From Candidatus Kapaibacterium sp. (GTDB lineage Bacteria; Bacteroidota; Ignavibacteria; Kapaibacteriales; UBA2268), in NCBI GenBank assembly GCA_965140345.1, contig OZ223198.1:327809-391808 (forward strand): a DNA stretch of 64,000 nucleotides. The letters are read 5' to 3'. The translations under genes were made by a program, and so were the position numbers. Shown here piece by piece: positions 37,869 through 45,158 of the stretch; the first letter of the stretch is position 1; each line of letters starts with the position of its first letter. The notes beneath the pieces are model-generated. The model saw only the letters and a program-made list of their open reading frames with translations, did no database searches and was not told where the DNA came from.

Positions 37869-39032
37869 TTAGGCTCCTATGTTTTTAAAGAATTCTTTTT
37901 GTTCCATCTTATTAAGTATGTAATCTGCAGCAGGTTGTCTTTTAAGAAGATTATCCATTGCACCAGTACCATTGACCTTTCCTGACATGCGCATAAAGTC
38001 TTTAGGTTCTTCCCATTCGAGATTAAAAAGATTTAAAAGGTAAGGTATCTTTTTAGCTGCAGTAGAATCCGTTTGATCTTTCAAACTGTATGTTGGTGCA
38101 GAATGCCAGTCCTTTGGAGCAACATTGAATACCTTTTCTGCTTCAATGCCGAGAGATTCTTGTATCATTTGCTTATACATGTGAAGTTGAATCTCATGAG
38201 TTTCGAAGAATCCTGATTTACCGGATTTGAAATCGACAATCGCAGTAGTTCGTCTGATTTGCTTTGTTTCCTTTGGCTGGCCTTTCTTTTCTCCGGATTT
38301 GTAGACTTCTCCAAAGAATCCCTTCTCTTCGATATCCATTTCGCAAATAAGATCAACCGCACCTGCATATTTGTGTTCATCTTTTTTATAGAAGCCAACA
38401 GCTTCGATTGAAATTGGATCTACATTGTAGTCCCAGATAAACTGGATAAGAGAAGCCAGGTCTTTTTTGATTTGCCATTCCCAGCCGGCAGTATCAAAGT
38501 CAAGTTTCTGCTCTTCTGTATAGAGCTCAATTCTTTTTTTGATAGTATCAAAATCAAAACTCCTTTCTTTCTTGGTGTTCCCACTTCTGAGGTAGTCAGA
38601 AATTAAAGTATGAAGGAGTGTTCCGTAAGAAGCTTTTTCTCTAAGCATTTTGTAGTAACCTTTCATTCCAAGATCTGCAATTAGCTTTTTGATGGAATAA
38701 GGAGTCGGCATTGTTTTATCAATGATAGTAGTGACACTAGGGTAAAAAGTAACAAGTCCTGATGCGTTAGTAAACTTCTCACCGCTTTCCATAGGTTTTT
38801 CAATTAGCTGAGGAATACCATCCACGGTGTAATAATAACGCATCCCTTTTTGATTGAAACGGTAAATTTTAGGGAAAGAGATTTTAGCTTCAAATGCCGG
38901 ATTAATATATTCCGGTGTCATAGATTGGATTTCGTCATCCGAATCATCTTTAAATACTTCAGCCGTTTGAGTAAGCATGTTTTGAATTAAAGCCTGAAGT
39001 TGGGCTTGAGTTTGGGCAAGTGATTTAGCCAT
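37869..39032 (-). CDS. PD-(D/E)XK family nuclease (RecB-like/DUF2800-like, tentative)
   Basis: AGAVDLICEMD ... IVDFKSGKS...ETHEIQL arranged like D...E.K nuclease motifs. 387 aa. Confidence 0.4.
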   Translation of the reverse strand: MAKSLAQTQAQLQALIQNMLTQTAEVFKDDSDDEIQSMTPEYINPAFEAKISFPKIYRFNQKGMRYYYTVDGIPQLIEKPMESGEKFTNASGLVTFYPSVTTIIDKTMPTPYSIKKLIADLGMKGYYKMLREKASYGTLLHTLISDYLRSGNTKKERSFDFDTIKKRIELYTEEQKLDFDTAGWEWQIKKDLASLIQFIWDYNVDPISIEAVGFYKKDEHKYAGAVDLICEMDIEEKGFFGEVYKSGEKKGQPKETKQIRRTTAIVDFKSGKSGFFETHEIQLHMYKQMIQESLGIEAEKVFNVAPKDWHSAPTYSLKDQTDSTAAKKIPYLLNLFNLEWEEPKDFMRMSGKVNGTGAMDNLLKRQPAADYILNKMEQKEFFKNIGA

Positions 39033-39049
39033 GGTAATATCTCCAATAT

Positions 39050-39259
39050 TTATTTTAAGAGTAAAAGAATTGCTCCAATAATTGCGAGTAATGAGCCGAA
39101 AGCAGCTATTGCAGTGAAAGTGACATTTTTATATTGATCAGCTTTTCTGATGATGATTTTAGTTTCCTTCATGATCCCTCCTAAAAAAGCAAGCGTGACA
39201 GAAATCATTAATTCTGTTTGTCTAATAAAGAGGCATCTCTTGAGAAGAAGTTCTGCCAC
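39050..39259 (-). CDS. small membrane protein
   Basis: 69 aa with two hydrophobic helices. Confidence 0.35.
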   Translation of the reverse strand: MAELLLKRCLFIRQTELMISVTLAFLGGIMKETKIIIRKADQYKNVTFTAIAAFGSLLAIIGAILLLLK

Positions 39260-39277
39260 GCTTATGAAAAAATTGAA

Positions 39278-39580
39278 TTATAATTTGGTAATAGTTGTTC
39301 GATTTCGTTTTTGTCTCCATTCTTCAATCAGTCTATCGTAGACCTCATTTTCTTTATGCAGCTCTTTTTCTAAAAGACTAATTGCTGCTCCTGTAGTGGT
39401 GTCTTTAATGCTTGCGAGCAAGTCAGAGAAGCCAATTTCGAGGTATTCTTGTTCCATAGCGGGTGCAAGTACACCATCTTCTTTTATTGACTGGATGGCT
39501 TTGGATAGAAAGTTTAAGCGTTGCGACTGATGTGCTAATTGGTCAACTATATCAGTCATTGAAATGTTTTCATTTGGCAT
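39278..39580 (-). CDS. hypothetical protein (about 100 aa; start revised to the ATG at 39580 with an upstream AGGAGG)
   Basis: The ORF track extends to 39673, but an ATG preceded by AGGAGG lies at 39580. The upstream extension would read through a strong hairpin. Confidence 0.4.
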   Translation of the reverse strand: MPNENISMTDIVDQLAHQSQRLNFLSKAIQSIKEDGVLAPAMEQEYLEIGFSDLLASIKDTTTGAAISLLEKELHKENEVYDRLIEEWRQKRNRTTITKL

Positions 39581-39623
39581 TTTTGTGCCTCCTGTATATA
39601 TTTGAACATGGTTTTTAAGCCTA

Positions 39624-39670
39624 TGCTCCTGCACAAAGTATTGCAAGTACAAGCAGGAGCATTTTTTTTG
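39624..39670 (+). terminator. intrinsic-terminator-like hairpin (plus orientation)
   Basis: GCTCCTGC-(20 nt)-GCAGGAGC followed by ATTTTTTTTG. Perfect 8-bp stem plus a T8 run. Confidence 0.45.
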
Positions 39671-39744
39671 CAAAAAGTACAGCGTAACAGTTTGGGTTTG
39701 GATAGTAGAGTTAAGCAGTATAAAGGCACTGCTACGCTGCTTAG

Positions 39745-39789
39745 TAGATGGATAAGGATTCGAACCTATACATACCTTCTAATCCATCT
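39745..39789 (-). other. tRNA-like minihelix (acceptor-like stem + T-arm-like GGTTCGAATCC); not a complete tRNA
   Basis: Minus strand reads AGATGGA ttagaaggtatgtata GGTTCGAATCC tta TCCATCT a. It has a 7-bp acceptor-like stem and the T-loop consensus, but only 15 nt where the D and anticodon arms should be. Confidence 0.3.
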
Positions 39790-39806
39790 TGGCATTTTAC
39801 TCATGA

Positions 39807-40139
39807 CTAATTCCTTGCTTGAGCCAGGACTTCACTTTTCTTAAAATATGGGAATGCTTTACCTTCGAGTCTTACATCTTTGATAGTTCCTTTTTTTCTC
39901 AATTTGAGTAGTGTTTGCCTGCTTATCTTTAGAATTTTCATAACTTCTTTTTGAGTTAGTAATTCCTCTTCTCCTGGCTGTTCCTTGATTTCTTTTATTA
40001 CTGTATCAAAAGCATTCTTCAGTTTGATCTCTAATTTGCGGTCAAAATCACCTAAAAGAAGTTTATGGTATTCCAGAAAAGCTTCTTTGAATTCTTCGTC
40101 TTTTAGCATGACAGCTAACATTTCCGATTTTATATTCAT
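39807..40139 (-). CDS. excisionase/AlpA-like HTH DNA-binding protein
   Basis: LTQKEVMKILKISRQTLLKLRKKGTI is an HTH_17/excisionase-type helix-turn-helix. Confidence 0.55.
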   Translation of the reverse strand: MNIKSEMLAVMLKDEEFKEAFLEYHKLLLGDFDRKLEIKLKNAFDTVIKEIKEQPGEEELLTQKEVMKILKISRQTLLKLRKKGTIKDVRLEGKAFPYFKKSEVLAQARN

Positions 40140-40170
40140 GTCTATACCTGTGGAATTCTATATACATTTG

Positions 40171-40229
40171 TCGATGGTAGAGGAATCGAACCCCTGGATT
40201 TGCCGGCTTCCTGACAACCAGTCCCATCG
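40171..40229 (-). other. second tRNA-like minihelix with T-loop GGTTCGATTCC
   Basis: Minus strand reads CGATGGG-27 nt-AGGGG TTCGATT CCTCT ACCATCG a. It has a 5-bp T-stem and a 6/7 acceptor-like pairing. The central region cannot form D/anticodon arms. Confidence 0.3.
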
Positions 40230-40259
40230 ATATCGGTTTTCAAAGAACAATGCATCAAT

Positions 40260-40595
40260 CTAGTCTGAATTGATATCAGCTACATATCTTGAATTTTTTT
40301 GAGTTTTTTTTAGTTTCAGCATAACCTCAGCTGTAAAAAACACTGAGATTGGTTGTCCTGATTTATCAGCTTTCCCGGAAAGCTTGTCCATAAGGAGTTC
40401 AACACATTCATCCCAAAGTTGGAATGGAACTTCTGTTTCAATTTTCCCGGCTAGTTCTTCAATAGCTTTGCAAATTCCTTTTGGTATTGGATCAGCAGTC
40501 ATTTTCTTCAGCTCCATCAATGTCGGACAAAGTTGAGTAATAGACCTGTTGTTCTTTGATGCTTCTTCCTTGCTCTTCGATAAAAATGTTTCCAT
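40260..40595 (-). CDS. hypothetical protein (start uncertain; may be fused with the overlapping upstream ORF)
   Basis: The 111-aa ORF overlaps 40492..40779 in a different frame. Confidence 0.35.
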   Translation of the reverse strand: METFLSKSKEEASKNNRSITQLCPTLMELKKMTADPIPKGICKAIEELAGKIETEVPFQLWDECVELLMDKLSGKADKSGQPISVFFTAEVMLKLKKTQKNSRYVADINSD

Positions 40596-40779
40596 CCATC
40601 ATTGCTCTAAAGGCACCTATTGACTTTTTCATTCTAGTAAGCTGAGCTGTTTCTTTGGATGTAAGTCCGTAATGCTTGCTTACTAAAAGAAGAAGCTGAT
40701 TCATATCTGCATTCAAGCGTTTTGTTAGTCTTGCAGCTTCTAAATGTTTTTCGTATCCAAAATTTTTCTTGCCAGTCAT
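40492..40779 (-). CDS. hypothetical protein (95 aa)
   Basis: ORF track. Overlaps the downstream ORF by 104 nt. Confidence 0.35.
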   Translation of the reverse strand: MTGKKNFGYEKHLEAARLTKRLNADMNQLLLLVSKHYGLTSKETAQLTRMKKSIGAFRAMMDGNIFIEEQGRSIKEQQVYYSTLSDIDGAEENDC

Positions 40780-40852
40780 TGGATTTTCTCGTATATTTTA
40801 TTTGACATAATGTTTCTTTAGCCTGTTCTATGTGCGAGTGGAGCAGGCTAAT

Positions 40853-41041
40853 CTAATTTTTAGAGTCGAATTCCTGCGAATAATAGGATCTTATTAGATC
40901 TCTCACATATGAAGTCCGTGTTTTATAATTGTATTTCTTCATTACAGCATCCAGTTTTTGCATATCTTCGGAATCTAGCTTCAAATGGATCGAACCTTCT
41001 TCATTTGATTTTCCAAGTTTTTTATCAAGTTTGGGTAACAT
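40853..41041 (-). CDS. small regulatory protein (ribbon-helix-helix-like, tentative)
   Basis: 62 aa, basic. Sits in the lysogeny-control region with direct repeats immediately upstream. Confidence 0.35.
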   Translation of the reverse strand: MLPKLDKKLGKSNEEGSIHLKLDSEDMQKLDAVMKKYNYKTRTSYVRDLIRSYYSQEFDSKN

Positions 41042-41053
41042 TTATAAAAACCG

Positions 41054-41121
41054 TTTGTATGTGTTATAAAAAATGTATATATTTTTGTATGTTTTTATGT
41101 ACTTATTTTTGTATGTTTTTT
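41054..41121. promoter_or_regulatory. operator-like direct repeats (TATTTTTGTATGTTTTT x2, plus a third TTTGTATGT)
   Basis: TTTGTATGT occurs at 41054, 41084 and 41108. The two longer copies share about 17 bp. Located in the promoter region of the 62-aa gene. Confidence 0.4.
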
Positions 41122-41132
41122 ATGCATTTGTT

Positions 41133-41339
41133 TTATGAGTTTATCATATCTAAAAACTTTGAAGGATTTGACTTGAAGACTTTGTAGGCAACTTTGATGG
41201 CATTCCTTGCTGCAATTGCTGCTTTGTCATAGCTGTAATGAGTCGTGATTTCTCGAATTAACAATGCATCTTCTTCAGGAAATTGCACAAATAGCCTTTT
41301 ATTAGGCATGTGTGTAGATTGATTACGTTGCGGTTGCAT
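41133..41339 (-). CDS. small regulatory protein (tentative)
   Basis: 68 aa. Divergent from the plus-strand HTH gene. Confidence 0.35.
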   Translation of the reverse strand: MQPQRNQSTHMPNKRLFVQFPEEDALLIREITTHYSYDKAAIAARNAIKVAYKVFKSNPSKFLDMINS

Positions 41340-41384
41340 AATATACCTATAAAAATATGTTTAATATGTTTCTGTTGTTGTTGA

Positions 41385-41828
41385 ATGCAATATAAAATAT
41401 TGTTTTATACAATGCAAATTATTTTTACAAATATTCAAAAATATTTTATGACACAGTTCGAAAGATTAGAAAAAGTGGCTAAGTTGCATTTTGGCTCATT
41501 AGCTGGTGTGGCTAGATTGTTAGATAAAAAACCTCAATCATTTTATTCTTATAAAAGCAGAGATAAATTTGGTGAATTACTAATTCTACAATTGGCTGAG
41601 ATTGGTATAAACCCCAAATATATCACTGATGGCGAAGAACCGATGCTTCTCGAAAGCAATAAATCTCCAAAGAAGAAACCCGAACCGAATGTAGCATCAG
41701 TAGACTATGTAGAAATGATAGAGCTTCCTGACATAACAAAGATGAGCCCGGAACAGATGCGCAAATGGCGGGAAGCAGCTTTAAAAACGATTGATAAAAT
41801 AGATAAGATTTTGGAGGTTTTGGGGTGA
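41385..41828 (+). CDS. HTH transcriptional regulator (cI/Cro-like); likely start at ATG 41448
   Basis: LEKVAKLHFGSLAGVARLLDKKPQSFYSY is an XRE-type HTH. Divergent from the minus-strand regulatory genes. Its stop overlaps the next start. Confidence 0.5.
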   Translation: MQYKILFYTMQIIFTNIQKYFMTQFERLEKVAKLHFGSLAGVARLLDKKPQSFYSYKSRDKFGELLILQLAEIGINPKYITDGEEPMLLESNKSPKKKPEPNVASVDYVEMIELPDITKMSPEQMRKWREAALKTIDKIDKILEVLG

Positions 41829-42688
41829 GTAAAAAAACATTAGAATCAGATGGAATGAATTATGTTAGCATTGAGTTCGTTTGCCCAATATGCAATTATA
41901 AGAATATTGAGTCTTATATAAACATTCCAGCTGCTAAAACAATTGATGGGGGGACATCGCAAAATTTTACTGAAATGCTTTGTTCTAATTGCTTATCTTG
42001 TTACGGAATCAATATTATTTTATCTGAACATGGTGAAACTATTTTAGATATTGATCCTGATGTCGAAGGGCTCACAATTCTTGCTTATCACAGTGATATT
42101 ATCAATACATTTAGTAAAACCAATCAAACTTCAAGAATCTTTATCTATGAAGATTCTATAGAAAATCTGGAAAAGTTGAAAGAAATTGCTAATGTTACTT
42201 TGGAAGATGAATTAAATTTCGTGATTCTTCAGATGACTTTTGCACAATCCTTGACAACTCTTGAAAGTTATCTGTATAAGACTATCTCCTATAATATTAA
42301 CAGTCATGCTGTATTTCTTAAACGATTTGTTGCATCATATCAGTTCCCAAATAACAATCAACACAAGCTTAGCTTTAACAAAATATTTGAAGCGCAGAAA
42401 TGGATGCAGGGCATAATTGATGGCTTGCTTCAGAACCAGATATATCATAGACTTGATCAAGTCAACAAATTGTATGAGGCAGCTTTTGGCTTTAAACTTC
42501 CTGAGTATAGCAAAATTGACGACATCATCAAACTAAGACATGATATAGTCCATCGTAATGGAGAAACTAAAGACGGAGAAAAGATCAATATCACTCCGGA
42601 TGAACTCAAATCAGCAATAGACAGCATAGAAGAATTCATTAAGGCCACTGAAGTAAAGGTGCAGAAAGCTGTTAAAGATCTAGCATAA
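41825..42688 (+). CDS. zinc-ribbon protein with C-terminal HEPN-like R-x4-H motif (candidate toxin/abortive-infection effector)
   Basis: N-terminal CPICNYKN...CSNCLSC (4 Cys). C-terminal KLRHDIVHRNG fits an Rx4H motif. Translationally coupled to the HTH regulator. Confidence 0.4.
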   Translation: MSKKTLESDGMNYVSIEFVCPICNYKNIESYINIPAAKTIDGGTSQNFTEMLCSNCLSCYGINIILSEHGETILDIDPDVEGLTILAYHSDIINTFSKTNQTSRIFIYEDSIENLEKLKEIANVTLEDELNFVILQMTFAQSLTTLESYLYKTISYNINSHAVFLKRFVASYQFPNNNQHKLSFNKIFEAQKWMQGIIDGLLQNQIYHRLDQVNKLYEAAFGFKLPEYSKIDDIIKLRHDIVHRNGETKDGEKINITPDELKSAIDSIEEFIKATEVKVQKAVKDLA

Positions 42689-42856
42689 GATAACTTATTA
42701 GAAATTGTCAACTCGTTTAGATTAGCTCTATCTTAAATTTATAGTTAATACTATCCCTCTACTTGCAAAATATACTTGCAAATTCTTTCTAAAATACCTA
42801 ATATTATAAAAATGAACATGATATTATAAATTCTTGTCACAACTGACAAGAATTTA

Positions 42857-43111
42857 TTGCTGTTTTGGACAATTATTATATCATCCACTTTGATAAGGCA
42901 TAAAACTTTGAAATATCTAAAAACTTTACTTTTAGTCCTTTTGTTCGGTATAATTAGCTTTTCTTGTGAAAGTAGCACATCAAATGAAGACAATTCAAAT
43001 AATGTCAAAACAGGGACAACATCTACTCAGTGCTTAGGGATAACTGAAGATGGAACACGGTGTGAGCGCAAAACCACAGATCCTAGTGGTTACTGTTGGC
43101 AACATAAATAG
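42857..43111 (+). CDS. small lipoprotein with C-terminal Cys/His tail motif (...C-x6-C-x-R-x-T-x-DPSGYCWQHK)
   Basis: Lipoprotein signal (LLFGIISFSC), an S/T/N-rich linker, and a terminal CLGITEDGTRCERKTTDPSGYCWQHK nearly identical to the C-terminus of the nuclease at 44184..45125. Confidence 0.55.
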   Translation: MLFWTIIISSTLIRHKTLKYLKTLLLVLLFGIISFSCESSTSNEDNSNNVKTGTTSTQCLGITEDGTRCERKTTDPSGYCWQHK

Positions 43112-43128
43112 AAATCTTACATAAACAT

Positions 43129-44181
43129 GTGGATCAACTGATGAAGATCAAAAAATATGCTGTAATATTTCTGAGCTTAATTTCTTTCTATGCAATTCTT
43201 AACCTGTTAGTATTTTTTGAACATGAGCAAAATGAAGCTTTAGAGACTATATGGGATGCCATATGGTATTTCATAATAACTATTTCTACAGTTGGGTATG
43301 GAGATGCTTATCCTGTGACATTAGGAGGTAAAATCATTGGAACTATCATAGTTCTATTGAGTGCTGGATTTCTAAGTGTTATCATTGGTAAAATATCTTA
43401 TAGTTTATCAGAAATTGGGAAAAAAAAGAAAATGGGATATTACGGAACAAAGTTTGAAGATCATGTGGTAATAATTGGTTGGAATAATTTTACCAAAATG
43501 ATAGCAGAAGAATTGTTAGAGGCAAATCAACGAATTGCGATCGTAATAGATGAAAAGAGCCATATAGATAGTATCTATCAAAAGTATAAGAGTTTTGAAA
43601 AGAACTTATTTTTACTATGTGCAGAATATGATGACTATGAGACTTTTGAAAAAGTTAATATTAGTAAAGCAAAGATTGTACATCTAGGTCTAGAATCGGA
43701 TTCTGCTGAATTGGTAGCCATAATAAATCTAAAAAATATTTATGGAGATCTCAAATTTGTTGTAATCCTGGAAGACAAGTCCTTATCCCAAACTTTTAAA
43801 GCTGCCGGGGTAACTTACGTATTGTCGAAAAATGAGCTATCATCTAAGTTGTTAGCTAGCTATATATTTGAACCTGAAGTTGCAGATTTCACAGTTGATT
43901 TATTATCCAAGGCAGTAGACGATGATGACTTTGATATCCAGCAATTCAGAGTTATAGAATCTAACCCTATGATAGGTAAATCTTTATCTGATTTAGTAAA
44001 TTTAGCTACTTCTGAAGGTGTAAAAACTTCAGTGATAGCACTTAAAAGGAAAGATCGCGATATCGATAAACTTCCATTACTTACTTCAGAGATCAAGTTA
44101 GGTGATATCATATTATTTATCAATAATTATTCAGCTCAAGAATTTATAACAAATTTGTTTAGAATTGAGCAGGGAATCTAA
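43129..44181 (+). CDS. K+ channel with RCK/TrkA domains (MthK-like)
   Basis: Two TM helices flank the selectivity-filter signature TVGYGD. A cytoplasmic Rossmann-like RCK region (HVVIIGWNNFTKMIAEEL) and a TrkA-C-like C-terminus follow. Confidence 0.85.
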   Translation: MDQLMKIKKYAVIFLSLISFYAILNLLVFFEHEQNEALETIWDAIWYFIITISTVGYGDAYPVTLGGKIIGTIIVLLSAGFLSVIIGKISYSLSEIGKKKKMGYYGTKFEDHVVIIGWNNFTKMIAEELLEANQRIAIVIDEKSHIDSIYQKYKSFEKNLFLLCAEYDDYETFEKVNISKAKIVHLGLESDSAELVAIINLKNIYGDLKFVVILEDKSLSQTFKAAGVTYVLSKNELSSKLLASYIFEPEVADFTVDLLSKAVDDDDFDIQQFRVIESNPMIGKSLSDLVNLATSEGVKTSVIALKRKDRDIDKLPLLTSEIKLGDIILFINNYSAQEFITNLFRIEQGI

Positions 44182-44183
44182 TA

Positions 44184-45125
44184 ATGCTTAGATATTTACT
44201 TTTTATAAAGATTCTATTTTTACTACTCTTTCTTCCCAATAGCTATTCTTCAGAGCTCATAGGAATTAATTCAAATACTGAATTCGGAATTCCAAAAGAT
44301 AAAGATTCTACGGATGATTTTATAATAGTAAGACCTCAATACACGCTGTCATACAATCATATTAAAGGAGTACCCAATTGGGTTTCCTATAATCTAGATA
44401 TGCATTGGATAGGCGATCAAGAAAGATATGATGGAAAATTCGTAAAGGATACAGTGCTACCTTTAGAGTGGCAAATCAGTCATGATGACTACACTAATTC
44501 TGGTTATGACCGTGGACATATGGTTATGAGTAAACAAAGGACTAAAAATGAAGAAGATAATTACTCAACATTCTACATGACCAATGTAATCCCTCAAACG
44601 CCAGATTTGAATAGAATCTTATGGCTTAGCCTAGAGAAATACTGCAATAAACTAGCTGTCGTTAATGATAAAGAACTTTACGTTATTACTGGAGGAATCT
44701 TCCATTCAGACACTACATTAAACAATGCCCGAAAAGTTGCAATTCCAGACAGTTGTTTCAAAATCATAATAGTTATGAATAAAGACGAAGGTTTAGATCA
44801 GATAAATGAAACAACAGAAACAATATCAGTAGTAATGCCGAATGCTTTTGAAATCAATGATAAAAATTGGAAGAATTACTCGACAAGTATCGATGCCATA
44901 GAATATTCCACAGGTTATGATTTTTTATCTAATATTCCTGATGAATTAGAAAACAAGATAGAATCAAAAGTTACTTATCAAAAAGAGATTCCGATTGAAA
45001 AGAAATCAGAAGTGAAGAAGGAAGTTCCATCGAAAACTGTAAGATGTAAAGGAAGAACAAAATCAGGAAGACAATGTAAAAGAATGACTAAAGATCCCAG
45101 TGGCTATTGTTGGCAGCATAAATAA
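44184..45125 (+). CDS. secreted DNA/RNA non-specific endonuclease (DRGH family) with C-terminal Cys/His tail
   Basis: Signal peptide. Catalytic SGYDRGHMV and flanking conserved blocks (NWVSYNL, NVIPQTP). Ends in RCKGRTKSGRQCKRMTKDPSGYCWQHK. Its start overlaps the channel stop (TAATG). Confidence 0.8.
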   Translation: MLRYLLFIKILFLLLFLPNSYSSELIGINSNTEFGIPKDKDSTDDFIIVRPQYTLSYNHIKGVPNWVSYNLDMHWIGDQERYDGKFVKDTVLPLEWQISHDDYTNSGYDRGHMVMSKQRTKNEEDNYSTFYMTNVIPQTPDLNRILWLSLEKYCNKLAVVNDKELYVITGGIFHSDTTLNNARKVAIPDSCFKIIIVMNKDEGLDQINETTETISVVMPNAFEINDKNWKNYSTSIDAIEYSTGYDFLSNIPDELENKIESKVTYQKEIPIEKKSEVKKEVPSKTVRCKGRTKSGRQCKRMTKDPSGYCWQHK

Positions 45126-45158
45126 TTATTCAGTTTTTTAATTACAAATGGAGATAAT

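Noticed and set aside
39745-40229. tRNA genes suggested by the GGTTCGAATCC / GGTTCGATTCC T-loop consensus
   Set aside because: Acceptor- and T-arm-like parts are present, but the central 15-27 nt cannot form D and anticodon arms. They are kept only as tRNA-like minihelices.
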